From: Flavobacteriaceae bacterium
GTDB taxonomy: Bacteria; Bacteroidota; Bacteroidia; Flavobacteriales; Flavobacteriaceae
Direction: 5' to 3'
Assembly (NCBI GenBank): GCA_965224465.1
Contig: OZ245049.1
Span: forward strand, 2,280,001 to 2,312,000
Length of the DNA: 32,000 bases
Below the pieces are notes generated by a model. The model did not search any database. It saw nothing but the letters and a program-made list of their open reading frames with translations, and was not told where the DNA came from. The translations under genes were made by a program, and so were the position numbers. Of the stretch, positions 19,001 to 28,501 are shown in pieces. Position 1 is the stretch's first letter. Every line of letters starts with the position of its first letter.

Positions 19001-19118
19001 ATTGCTCACGTAAAAATACAATTTTGAAATCAATTCACAACAACAAACATTTGCACTTACTCCTTTAGTCCCCTGTGATTGCTCACGTAAAAATACAATT
19101 TTGAAATCAATTCACAAC
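16069..19118 (-). CRISPR. CRISPR array: 40 x 47-nt repeats, 39 spacers (22-34 nt, mode 30)
   Basis: The + strand repeat is CCTGTGATTGCTCACGTAAAAATACAATTTTGAAATCAATTCACAAC. In the inferred crRNA sense (minus) it is GTTGTGAATTGATTTCAAAATTGTATTTTTACGTGAGCAATCACAGG. I noticed no repeat variant on reading, and repeat plus spacer lengths sum exactly to 3050 bp. The strand call rests on the GTTGT 5' end and on the tracrRNA anti-repeat strand; that orientation has about 0.7 confidence. Confidence 0.97.
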
Positions 19119-19260
19119 GCGTATCTGTACCAGTAATCGACCGTATTATTTTGAAAAGAAATGATAGTTAAAAAAAGAATTAAAAGATATAGGGGGAATT
19201 AAAAAAAATAGCATTTAAAAATACCCAAAGAGTTACTTTTACTGCTTTTTATAAAAAAGA

Positions 19261-19290
19261 AAATCCTTCAAGCAAAAGCTTAAAGGATTT
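19261..19290 (-). terminator. Hairpin downstream of tRNA-Gln
   Basis: AAATCCTT (19261-19268) pairs with AAGGATTT (19283-19290), with an inner AAGC/GCTT stem. On the minus strand it is followed by CTTTTTTATAAAAA. Confidence 0.5.
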
Positions 19291-19302
19291 CTAAAAATAC
19301 CG

Positions 19303-19373
19303 TTGTCCCACAAGGACTCGAACCTTGAATGACGATACCAAAAACCGGAGTGTTACCATTACACCATGGGACA
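19303..19373 (-). tRNA. tRNA-Gln (anticodon UUG)
   Basis: The reverse complement folds as a cloverleaf. Acceptor stem TGTCCCA/TGGGACA. D arm GTGT-AATGGTA-ACAC. Anticodon arm CCGGT-TTTTGGT-ATCGT, with one C.U and one G.U pair. T arm CAAGG-TTCGAGT-CCTTG. Discriminator A. CCA is not encoded. Confidence 0.82.
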
Positions 19374-19391
19374 TTGTTGTTATTTCGGTTG

Positions 19392-19399
19392 CAAAATTA
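19392..19399 (-). promoter_or_regulatory. Candidate -7 box (TAATTTTG) for tRNA-Gln
   Basis: A perfect TAnnTTTG on the minus strand, 18 nt upstream of the mature tRNA 5' end. Confidence 0.4.
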
Positions 19400-19550
19400 A
19401 GGGTTTATTTCGTACCCACAAACATTTTTTTAACTTTTTTTTCAAAAATATTTTTTTAACAACTTTTTATGAGAAAATCGCAGTAGTAACTGACTGATTA
19501 CCGCATGATATGTAGTATTTTTAGTAAATTCGCCTCGATAAAAAAAATTT

Positions 19551-22500
19551 ATGAACTTTACAGATTTTAAAAAATGGAACACCATTTTTGGCTGGATAGC
19601 CTTTGGTATTGCACTTGTAACATACACCCTCACACTAGAACCAACAGTAAGTTACTGGGATTGCGGCGAGTATATTTCCACGGCAGTTAAATTAGAGGTA
19701 GGACATCCACCAGGAGCTCCGTTATTCCAAATGATAGGCGCTTTTTTCGCCATGTTCACTACAGACGCCTCTCAAGTAGCTCAAATGGTGAATTTTATGT
19801 CTGGTTTAGCCAGTGCTTTTACCATTCTTTTTATGTTTTGGACCATTACATATCTGGGACAAAAACTACTTTCTAAAGACAACAAAAACAATATTGCGCT
19901 CTTCGGAAGTGCTTTTGTAGGGTCTTTGGCCTACACTTTTTCGGATAGTTTTTGGTTTAGCGCCGTAGAAGGAGAAGTATATGCTATGTCGTCCTTTTTA
20001 ATGGCATTATTATTTTGGCTTGGATTGCGATGGGAATCGGACATGGACAAACCACAAGGAAACAAATGGCTTGTTTTAATTAGTTTTATTGTTGGGCTAT
20101 CCTTTGGGGTCCATATTTTATCTTTATTAGTCATTCCTTCTATCGTATTTATTTATATTTTCAAAAAATACGACATCAACAATATTCAAAAATTTGTTAT
20201 TGCCAACATTATTTCTGTTTTAGTCTTAATGTTTGTATTTAAATTTTTATTTCCATTTACCTTAAAATATTTCAGTGCATTTGAACTGTTTTTCGTCAAC
20301 AAAATTGGACTTCCATTTAACAGCGGAAGTATTATAGCTGCCTTTTTAATTATCGCAGTATTTTATGCCGCACTTAAATACACGCGTAGTAAAAAAATGT
20401 TTGCTGCCAACACACTTGTTCTTGTACTTGTATTTACCATGATTGGTTTTTCTTCTTGGTTAATGCTTCCTATTAGAGCAAATGCAAACACAACTATTAA
20501 CGAAAACAACCCCTCAAGCGCCCGTGAGCTATTAGCGTATTACAACAGGGAGCAATATGGAGATTCTAACGTGTTCTACGATAATTATTACTCGTTCTCT
20601 TACGACAGAGAGTACGATGCCTCCAACCCTACAAGAGACGAGAAACCTAAATACGAGAAAGACGAAAAAACGGGAACGTATGTAATTGTCAACCACTATA
20701 AAGATGCTTTACCCAATTGGAGTGACTCACATAAAGGATTTATCCCACGTATGGTTGCCTACAACAGCCCTTCTGTGATTGCGAACTACAAATCCATTGT
20801 TGGCATCCCTCAAAAAAGTCATCGAAGACCTACGTTTGCAGAGAACATCCATTTTATGATAGAATACCAATTCGGCTATATGTACGGTCGATATTTTATG
20901 TGGAATTTTGTAGGAAGACAGAACGATGTACAAGGACAATTAAACCTTGAGGATGGGAATTGGTTAAGTGGTATTGATTTTATAGACAGTTTCTTTTTAG
21001 GCACTCAAAAAAACCTACCCGATGATGTTAAAAATAACAAAGGAAGAAACACTTATTATTTCTTTCCATTTATTCTTGGATTTATAGGATTATTTTATCA
21101 ACTGAAGCGCAATAAAAAAGATTTCTACACCCTCCTACTCTTTTTTGCTTTTACAGGGCTTGCCATTATATTTTACACCAATCCAAAACCTTTTGAACCT
21201 AGAGAACGAGATTACGCTGTAGTTGGCTCTTTTTATATTTTTGCCATTTGGATTGGATTTGGAGTCCTTGCTATATTTGAAAAACTATCTAAATACGCAC
21301 AAAAAAACCAAGTAGCCATCGCAGTTTCACTACTTGCACTACTTGCAGTACCCACTTTAATGGCATTCCAAAACTGGGATGATCATGACAGGTCTAATCG
21401 ATACACCTCTCGATTAAACGCCAAAGCTTATATTGATTCTTGTGCCGAAAACGCCATTATGTTTACCATTGGAGATAATGATACCTTTCCACTGTGGTAC
21501 ATGCAAGAAGTAGAAAATTACCGAACAGATATCAAACTGATCAACTCAAGTTTATTTGCGACCGATTGGAATATTGATCAAATGAAACGCGCCACATACA
21601 AAGCGCCTCCGATCCCTTCACAATTGACACACGACGATTATAAACTAGGAAGTTTAGACATTGCCTATCACGTACCTTTTCCTCAATTTAAAGATACGAT
21701 TATAGATATTAAATACTTGATGAGATGGTTGCAAAGTAAGAACGAGAATACGTTTATTGATTTAGACGAAGACGGACGTCCCGAAAAAGTATATCCGACC
21801 AACCGTATCAGAATTCCTGTAAACAAGGAGGCCGTTCTTAAAAACGGTATTGTAGCTCAAAAAGATGCTGATTTAATCCTACCGTATATCGATATTACGA
21901 TTGACGCACAAGGATTGCAAAAAAACAGAATTTTAATGCTTGATATTTTAGCCAATAACGACTGGAAGCAACCTATTTATTTTACAGGAGGCGCACAAGC
22001 TGCAGAAGAATTTATTTGGTTAAAAGACTATTTACAACTAGATGGAATGGCTTATAAACTAGTCCCTATAAAAACCGTAAATAAGAGTAATTTCTTTGAA
22101 ATGGGACGTATGGATTCTGAATTGATGTACAAAAAAGTAAAACAATGGGAATGGGGAACTATTAACAGTGATGCTATATACTTAGACCCAGAATCTCGTA
22201 AAAATTCTGTTACCTATCGCAACAATATGGAGCGTTTAGCTACTACTTTAATCAAAGAAGGAGATTCGATTCGCGCAGAGGAAATCATAGATTTAGCCAT
22301 GGATAAGATGCCGACCAAAAAATTTGGTCATTACAGTATGTTATTGCCATTTATAGATTTATATTACAAGATAGATAGGCCTGAAAAAGCACGTCGATTA
22401 AGTGAAGAATTGGCAGAGATATTCAAGCAAAAACTTGTGTATTACAGTCAGTATAACGAAGCGGATCTTGAAGCAGTTTACGATCCCATTGAAGGTAGTT

Positions 22501-22622
22501 TTAACATGTACAATCAACTGGTACGTATTTCTGTAAAAAACGACACAAAAGAATATGCTGACACTCTAAAAAACAATTTAGTGTCTTATATGCAATTGTT
22601 CCCTTATTTATTCGAGGAATAA
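19551..22622 (+). CDS. DUF2723/TMEM260-like polytopic membrane protein (putative GT-C-type glycosyltransferase)
   Basis: 1023-aa ORF. The N-terminal YWDCGEYISTAVKLEVGHPPGAPLF motif and about 10 transmembrane segments are followed by a large soluble, TPR-like C-terminal part. The family assignment is from memory of the motif. Confidence 0.8.
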   Translation: MNFTDFKKWNTIFGWIAFGIALVTYTLTLEPTVSYWDCGEYISTAVKLEVGHPPGAPLFQMIGAFFAMFTTDASQVAQMVNFMSGLASAFTILFMFWTITYLGQKLLSKDNKNNIALFGSAFVGSLAYTFSDSFWFSAVEGEVYAMSSFLMALLFWLGLRWESDMDKPQGNKWLVLISFIVGLSFGVHILSLLVIPSIVFIYIFKKYDINNIQKFVIANIISVLVLMFVFKFLFPFTLKYFSAFELFFVNKIGLPFNSGSIIAAFLIIAVFYAALKYTRSKKMFAANTLVLVLVFTMIGFSSWLMLPIRANANTTINENNPSSARELLAYYNREQYGDSNVFYDNYYSFSYDREYDASNPTRDEKPKYEKDEKTGTYVIVNHYKDALPNWSDSHKGFIPRMVAYNSPSVIANYKSIVGIPQKSHRRPTFAENIHFMIEYQFGYMYGRYFMWNFVGRQNDVQGQLNLEDGNWLSGIDFIDSFFLGTQKNLPDDVKNNKGRNTYYFFPFILGFIGLFYQLKRNKKDFYTLLLFFAFTGLAIIFYTNPKPFEPRERDYAVVGSFYIFAIWIGFGVLAIFEKLSKYAQKNQVAIAVSLLALLAVPTLMAFQNWDDHDRSNRYTSRLNAKAYIDSCAENAIMFTIGDNDTFPLWYMQEVENYRTDIKLINSSLFATDWNIDQMKRATYKAPPIPSQLTHDDYKLGSLDIAYHVPFPQFKDTIIDIKYLMRWLQSKNENTFIDLDEDGRPEKVYPTNRIRIPVNKEAVLKNGIVAQKDADLILPYIDITIDAQGLQKNRILMLDILANNDWKQPIYFTGGAQAAEEFIWLKDYLQLDGMAYKLVPIKTVNKSNFFEMGRMDSELMYKKVKQWEWGTINSDAIYLDPESRKNSVTYRNNMERLATTLIKEGDSIRAEEIIDLAMDKMPTKKFGHYSMLLPFIDLYYKIDRPEKARRLSEELAEIFKQKLVYYSQYNEADLEAVYDPIEGSFNMYNQLVRISVKNDTKEYADTLKNNLVSYMQLFPYLFEE

Positions 22623-22623
22623 T

Positions 22624-23265
22624 ATGCCCATCATTATTGCAAAAACTCCACGCTTAGTCAAAAGGATCTTCCCGATGCTACGCTGGAGTTTTTCTTCTAA
22701 AAGGAAGGAAATCTACCTTACATTTGACGATGGCCCTACTCTTGAAATAACGGATTGGACACTACAAACACTGAGGAAATACAATGCCAAAGCCACTTTT
22801 TTTTGTATTGGAAAAAACATTGCGTTATATCCAGACATCACCCGAGAAATAGTTACCCATGGACACCGCATTGCAAACCACTCCTACAACCACAACAATG
22901 CGTGGAAATGCAGCGCTAAAGAATATCTTGATTCCGTAAAAAAAACAAACAACGTACTCCTCGATTACCAGGACAATACGACAAAACTTTTCCGCCCACC
23001 CTACGGAAAACTAAGCTATAAGAAAGTAAAGCAACTGCAACAAAACGACTATCAAATTATAATGTGGGATGTACTTAGTAATGATGTTCAACAAAAAGTA
23101 TCCCCTAAAAAAAGCTTAGAAACACTGCTCAAAAAAACCAAAAATGGTAGCATCGTAGTTTTTCATGACAGTGTAAAAGGAAGCAGCACCCTAAAAGAGG
23201 TCTTGCCAGAATTTTTGGACTATTTTAAAAAACTAGGGTATGTGTTTAGAGCTATGGAATCGTAG
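22624..23265 (+). CDS. Polysaccharide deacetylase (NodB homology domain, CE4)
   Basis: LTFDDGP, HSYNH and RPPYG motifs in the canonical order. It starts 1 nt after the upstream stop codon. Confidence 0.85.
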   Translation: MPIIIAKTPRLVKRIFPMLRWSFSSKRKEIYLTFDDGPTLEITDWTLQTLRKYNAKATFFCIGKNIALYPDITREIVTHGHRIANHSYNHNNAWKCSAKEYLDSVKKTNNVLLDYQDNTTKLFRPPYGKLSYKKVKQLQQNDYQIIMWDVLSNDVQQKVSPKKSLETLLKKTKNGSIVVFHDSVKGSSTLKEVLPEFLDYFKKLGYVFRAMES

Positions 23266-23278
23266 TAATAATTTGGTA

Positions 23279-23575
23279 TTACATATAGCCTTTCACTAAG
23301 TCAATCAAAGTATTCGCATCTTGTTCACCTACTTGGCGCCATTTCATTTCTCCATCTTTATAAATAACATAGGTAGGATTTCCTTTTATACGTAAGGCAT
23401 TGGCTAAGGTTTCATTTTTTTCGACATCTATTTTAATCACTTTAGCTTTATCACCCAAAGCTGCTGCCACCTTACGAAGAACCTCTGCAAAATCATAGTT
23501 GTCGTTTTCCCAATCGGCATAAAAATCGATCAAAACAGGAATTTTTTCATTTATAATATCTCCAAACTTTGTCAT
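23279..23575 (-). CDS. Thioredoxin-fold protein lacking the CxxC active site
   Basis: 98-aa ORF with Trx-like layout (PVLIDFYADW....KVIKIDVEKN...RIKGNPTYVIYKDGE). WENDN stands where WCGPC is expected, and the protein has no cysteine at all. Confidence 0.8.
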   Translation of the reverse strand: MTKFGDIINEKIPVLIDFYADWENDNYDFAEVLRKVAAALGDKAKVIKIDVEKNETLANALRIKGNPTYVIYKDGEMKWRQVGEQDANTLIDLVKGYM

Positions 23576-23667
23576 ATCTTTTTTTTTATCTTTTAGAAAA
23601 ACATTTTTAACAACAAATATACATTTATTATACTAATCTTAAACCACATAACTACTAGATAGCGAGT

Positions 23668-24000
23668 AATACCAATTACAATCCAAAATAACAGATATAA
23701 ATAGTTTATTTTACGTGCTAGCGTTGTTGAAAAATAGAACGATAGCTACGGCTATCCTTAGATTTTTCGCCTAACTTTAATACCAATTAAATTCCAAAAT
23801 GACAGATATAAATAGTTTATTTTACGTGCTAGCGTTGTTGAAAAATAGAACGATAGCTACGGCTATCCTTAGATTTTTCGCCTAACTTTAATACCAATTA
23901 AATTCCAAAATGACAGATATAAATAGTTTATTTTACGTGCTAGCGTTGTTGAAAAATAGAACGATAGCTACGGCTATCCTTAGATTTTTCGCCTAACTAG
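23668..24000 (+). repeat. 3 x 111-bp tandem repeat (A half of the MITE-like element)
   Basis: Units start at 23668, 23779 and 23890. Copies 2 and 3 are near-identical. Each begins with the TIR-like AATACCAATTAAATTCCAAAATGACAG and contains the hairpin GATAGC-TACG-GCTATC. Confidence 0.92.
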
Positions 24001-24002
24001 AC

Positions 24003-24257
24003 CAAAAAATAATTCTATTTCTAAACCGTCCCTTGGAAATGTAATTGGTATAACAAAAAATAATTCTATTTCTAAACCGTCCCTTGGAAATGTAATTGGT
24101 ATAACAAAAAATAATTCTATTTCTAAACCGTCTCTTGGAAATTTAATTGGTATAACAAAAAATAATTCTATTTCTAAACTGTCTCTTGGAAATTTAGTTG
24201 GTATAGCAAAAAATAATTCCTTTCTAAACCGTCTCTTGGAAATGTATACGGTATAAC
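24003..24257 (+). repeat. 5 x 51-bp tandem repeat (B half of the MITE-like element, inverted)
   Basis: Units are phased at 24003, 24054, 24105, 24156 and 24207. Each ends in ..CCGTC(C/T)CTTGGAAATGTAATTGGTATAAC, the reverse complement of the 5' TIR seen at 7088. Divergence increases toward the right. Confidence 0.92.
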
Positions 24258-24313
24258 ATCATTTATAAAAAAATAAACCACCGCCACTTCAAACTGCCTA
24301 CGTCTACTGCAAA

Positions 24314-25552
24314 CTACTTCCTCCGCAATGTAATCACAGATATCTCAGGCCAAATCCCAACTCTACCTGGAAAAGCTAAAAACCCAAAACCTCTATTCAC
24401 ATTGATATATCTTCCTGCAACTTGATAGATTCCCGCCCATCGTTTGTACACGTATTGCACAGGGCTCCATTTAAAACCAGGAATTTCTATCCCAAATTGC
24501 ATCCCATGGGTGTGGCCACTTAAGGTCAAATGAAAGTTGGATGGATGTGATTTTATTTCTTGTTCCCAATGCGATGGATCGTGACTCAATACTATTTTAA
24601 AAGCATCGTTGGCTACTAATTTTGAAGCTTTTGACAAGTCCCCAGCTTTTTTAAATCTAAGTCCCCAATTCTCAAGCCCTATTAATTCTATTTTTTCTCC
24701 ATCTTTTTCTATAGATACGTGTTGGTTTAACAATAAATTGAATCCAATTTGGGGATGTACGCTTTTTATTTTTTGGAAATTAGCCTCTTTATCAGCTGTA
24801 GAATTCCACTTTACATATTCACCATAATCATGATTTCCCAAAATAGAGAATTTTCCATACGGTGCTTTCAAGCTTTTAAAATCATCAATCCAAGGATCCA
24901 TTTCTTCTGCTACATTATTTACCAAATCTCCTGTAAAGCAAATGATATCTGATTCTTGTTCGTTAATCAATGTCATACCATGCGCAATTTTATCGGCATT
25001 GTCAAAACTACCACTGTGTACATCCGAAATATGTGTGATTGTAAAACCATCAAAAGCGACTGGTAAATCGTCAAAAAACAACTCGTGTTTTACAATTTGA
25101 TAGTTGTATTTCCCTTTGGTCATTCCGTACAAAATGGCAGCAAAAGGGATGCTTGCCAAGCCCAAGGCTATCTTGCTTGTAAAGGCACGTCTACTAGGCA
25201 TAAACGACGCTTGTTTTTCGCTAAAAAAATAATAAAACACTCCCATTCCTACCCTAGTTATATCTTCTAAAAAAAGGGTTGCAGAAATTAACAGTTTAGG
25301 CACAATACTAATAACAATCAATCCAATAGCATAGGTAAAATACAAGGAAGATTTCACATTAGAGCTATCGTAGCTATACCCTCGAAACACAAAAAAGTAA
25401 ATCACTGCAACATTTACCAACCAGTACATTTTCCAGATATTGGAGTTTCTAAACAGTGTCTTTACACTTTGAAACGCATACAAATCAATACAAATCAGCA
25501 CAATAATAAACAAAAACCACTTCATATACTCCTTTATTAAATTTAGTTCCAA
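24314..25552 (-). CDS. Membrane-anchored metallophosphoesterase (calcineurin-like, YaeI-type)
   Basis: An N-terminal multi-TM region is followed by the motifs ISDVHSG, TGDLVN, GNHDY and SGHTHG. The start could instead be the second ATG (MKWFLF..), 27 nt downstream. Confidence 0.85.
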   Translation of the reverse strand: MELNLIKEYMKWFLFIIVLICIDLYAFQSVKTLFRNSNIWKMYWLVNVAVIYFFVFRGYSYDSSNVKSSLYFTYAIGLIVISIVPKLLISATLFLEDITRVGMGVFYYFFSEKQASFMPSRRAFTSKIALGLASIPFAAILYGMTKGKYNYQIVKHELFFDDLPVAFDGFTITHISDVHSGSFDNADKIAHGMTLINEQESDIICFTGDLVNNVAEEMDPWIDDFKSLKAPYGKFSILGNHDYGEYVKWNSTADKEANFQKIKSVHPQIGFNLLLNQHVSIEKDGEKIELIGLENWGLRFKKAGDLSKASKLVANDAFKIVLSHDPSHWEQEIKSHPSNFHLTLSGHTHGMQFGIEIPGFKWSPVQYVYKRWAGIYQVAGRYINVNRGFGFLAFPGRVGIWPEISVITLRRK

Positions 25553-25687
25553 ATATAAACTTTCTTTGGTTTATTCCAATACCCCACACAATCCACAACA
25601 CACTATTTAGCCGAGAAACAAAAAAAACCTTACAGCTAATTTAGTTAAAAATCATTTTACTATTTTTACCAAAACTTATACTGACTT

Positions 25688-28501
25688 ATGCCTACTCAAA
25701 AACGCCTATTTTTACTCGATGCTTTTGCTTTAATTTTCAGAGGATATTACGCCTTGATAAAAAACCCACGCATCAATTCGAAAGGAATGGACACCTCTGC
25801 TATTTTAGGGTTTACCAATTCGTTATTAGACGTTATCAAGCGAGAAAAACCAGATTTACTAGCCGTAGCATTTGACAAGGGAGGCTCTCATGCACGTGTA
25901 GCCGCATTTCCAGAATACAAATCAAACAGACAAGAAACTCCCGAAGCCATAAAAATAGCGGTACCTTATATACAAGCCATCTTAAAAGCCATGAACATCC
26001 CCATTATAGAAGTGGCAGGATTTGAGGCAGATGATCTGATTGGAACCTTGGCAAAACAAGCAGAAAAAGAAGGATTTCAGACTTTTATGGTTACTCCTGA
26101 CAAGGATTTTGCGCAGTTGGTTTCTGAAAATATTTTTATGTACAAACCAGCCCGTATGGGAAATGGGATCGAGATTTGGGGAATTCCCGAAGTTCAAAAA
26201 CGTTTTGAAGTAGAAACACCTATACAAGTAATTGATTATTTAGGAATGATGGGAGATGCCGTGGATAACATCCCTGGGCTACCTGGCGTTGGAGACAAAA
26301 CAGCGAAAAAATTTCTAAAAGCTTACGGAACTATGGAAGGCTTGTTTGAAAACACCCATGAGCTTAAAGGTAAAATGAAAGAAAAGGTAGAAAACAATAA
26401 GGAACTGGGATTGCTTTCAAAGCAATTGGCTACTATAATGCTCGACTGCCCCGTAACATTTAAAGCAGATGATTACGAACTAACTCCTCCCAATTTTGAG
26501 GAGGTTAATAGCATTTTACAAGAATTAGAATTTAAACGTATTGCAGACAGCATTGGTCGTATTTTTAATGCCCAATCAAAAACCAATACCACAGCAACTA
26601 GCACAACAACAGTCAATGCTAGTGGAGAAGCGCAGTTGGATTTATTTGCTAGCCCTTCATCAGAAAACAACAACACCATGTCTTCTGGCTTTAATACCCT
26701 AGAAAAAAACGCTCATTTTTACCAATATATAGATTCAGAAATGGCAAAAGGATTGTTTCTAAAAAAACTGATCCAACAAAAATCGGTGAGTATTGAATTA
26801 GAAACCAGTGAACAAAATCCATTGACGGCATGTATTTTAGGAATCGCATTTTCTTACCATGCAGGCAGTGGTTATTACATCCCTTTTCCTAGTGATTTTG
26901 AAGCATCTGTATTGCTTGTCCAAGAGTTGAAACCTTTTTTCGAAAACAAAAATATCGAGAAGATTGGGCGTCATTTAAAAAACGACATCAAGGTACTCTC
27001 GCGCTATAACACGCAATTAAAAGGAGCTATTTTTGACACGACTATCGCACATTATTTATTGCAGCCAGACATGAGACATCATCTAGATATCTTGTCAGAA
27101 ACCTATCTCAAGTACGAAATAATGCAAGAGGATTCGGTGTTAGGTAAAGGACGCAATAAAATTACATTGAACCATGTATCGCTTGAAAAACAACGAAATT
27201 ACGTTGTTGAAAAAGCAGATGTTGTGTTTCAATTAAAATCGATTTTCGAAATAAAATTAGCTGAAAAAAACCTAGATTCTTTATACAATGATATTGAATT
27301 GCCTTTATTAAAAGTATTGGCACAAATGGAATTGGAAGGAATTAAATTAGATGTTCCATTTTTAAACGCTTTATCTACGGATTTGACCACTGATATTGCA
27401 GTTTTAGAAAAATCTATTTACGAAGAAGCCAATACCGATTTTAATTTAGCATCTCCAAAACAATTAGGCGTTGTTTTATTTGAGCACATGAAATTGGTAG
27501 AAAAACCTAAAAAGACAAAAACTGGACAGTACGCTACAGGCGAAGAAATCCTATCTAAACTTGCCAAGGACCATCCTATAGTACAGCGTATTTTGGAATG
27601 GAGAGGTTTGGTGAAATTAAAAAACACCTATGTAGATGCCTTGCCAAACGAGGTAAACAAAGAAACCAAAAGAGTACACACTACTTTTAGTCAAGCAGTG
27701 GCTGCAACGGGAAGATTAAGTTCTAACAATCCCAACTTACAGAACATTCCAATCCGTACCAAACGCGGTCAGGAAGTACGTAAATCTTTTATTGCTAAAA
27801 ACGAGAATTACACCTTGGTTGCAGCAGATTACTCACAAATAGAATTGCGTTTAATTGCAGCCATGAGTGGAGACGAAACCATGATTAAAGCATTTAACGA
27901 TGGACAAGACATACATGCTGCCACCGCTTCAAAAGTTTTTGATGTTGCCTTAGAAGATGTAACTAAAACCCAACGTAGCGATGCCAAGGCGGTTAACTTT
28001 GGAATTATTTACGGACAAGGAGCCTTCACATTAGCACAGCAATTAAACAAATCAAGAAAAGAAGCCAAAGAACTGATTGACAACTATTACGCTAACTTTT
28101 CTAAACTCAAAGAATACATTGCAGCACAAGTAGAAATTGCTCGCGAAAAAGGCTATGTAGAAACCGTTCTCGGTAGACGCCGCTATTTAAAAAACATCAA
28201 TTCCCAAAACGCCATTGTCCGTAGTGCCGATGAACGAAATGCTGTGAATGCACCTGTACAAGGTTCGGCAGCAGATATCATTAAAATTGCCATGATTAAC
28301 ATCCAACAATTATTAAATGATGGTAATTATAAAACAAAAATGCTTTTACAGGTACATGATGAATTGGTTTTTGATATGCACAACGATGAAATGGATACCT
28401 TAAAACCATTAATTAAAAATGCCATGGAATCAGCATATAAAATGTCAGTTCCATTGGATGTAGATATGGGTGAAGGTAGGAATTGGCTGGAAGCGCATTA
28501 G
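25688..28501 (+). CDS. polA: DNA polymerase I
   Basis: 937-aa ORF with three parts: a 5'-3' exonuclease N-terminus (LLDAFALIFRGYYA, GDAVDNIPGLPGVGDKTA), a 3'-5' exonuclease-like middle, and family A polymerase motifs (DYSQIELR, RSDAKAVNFGIIYG, QVHDELVF). Confidence 0.97.
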   Translation: MPTQKRLFLLDAFALIFRGYYALIKNPRINSKGMDTSAILGFTNSLLDVIKREKPDLLAVAFDKGGSHARVAAFPEYKSNRQETPEAIKIAVPYIQAILKAMNIPIIEVAGFEADDLIGTLAKQAEKEGFQTFMVTPDKDFAQLVSENIFMYKPARMGNGIEIWGIPEVQKRFEVETPIQVIDYLGMMGDAVDNIPGLPGVGDKTAKKFLKAYGTMEGLFENTHELKGKMKEKVENNKELGLLSKQLATIMLDCPVTFKADDYELTPPNFEEVNSILQELEFKRIADSIGRIFNAQSKTNTTATSTTTVNASGEAQLDLFASPSSENNNTMSSGFNTLEKNAHFYQYIDSEMAKGLFLKKLIQQKSVSIELETSEQNPLTACILGIAFSYHAGSGYYIPFPSDFEASVLLVQELKPFFENKNIEKIGRHLKNDIKVLSRYNTQLKGAIFDTTIAHYLLQPDMRHHLDILSETYLKYEIMQEDSVLGKGRNKITLNHVSLEKQRNYVVEKADVVFQLKSIFEIKLAEKNLDSLYNDIELPLLKVLAQMELEGIKLDVPFLNALSTDLTTDIAVLEKSIYEEANTDFNLASPKQLGVVLFEHMKLVEKPKKTKTGQYATGEEILSKLAKDHPIVQRILEWRGLVKLKNTYVDALPNEVNKETKRVHTTFSQAVAATGRLSSNNPNLQNIPIRTKRGQEVRKSFIAKNENYTLVAADYSQIELRLIAAMSGDETMIKAFNDGQDIHAATASKVFDVALEDVTKTQRSDAKAVNFGIIYGQGAFTLAQQLNKSRKEAKELIDNYYANFSKLKEYIAAQVEIAREKGYVETVLGRRRYLKNINSQNAIVRSADERNAVNAPVQGSAADIIKIAMINIQQLLNDGNYKTKMLLQVHDELVFDMHNDEMDTLKPLIKNAMESAYKMSVPLDVDMGEGRNWLEAH

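Noticed and set aside
16069-19118. Plus-strand (cas-operon-sense) transcription of the array
   Set aside because: In that sense the repeat would start CCTGTG and end CACAAC. The only anti-repeat match (9886-9909) would then need a plus-strand tracrRNA, which would run straight into cas9 with no nexus or terminator. The minus-strand reading gives a canonical GTTGT repeat start and a complete tracrRNA. The plus-strand option is not formally excluded without RNA data.
19119-19170. Possible degenerate terminal repeat after the last repeat (TATTATTTTGAAAAGAAAT resembles TACAATTTTGAAATCAATT)
   Set aside because: The register is wrong. Aligning it to the repeat would place the repeat start at about 19121 and leave no spacer. 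Identity is only about 13/19 in AT-rich sequence.
19442-19633. 63-aa minus-strand ORF overlapping the start of the DUF2723 gene
   Set aside because: It overlaps the promoter and 5' end of a well-supported gene on the other strand. It has no motifs and is probably spurious.
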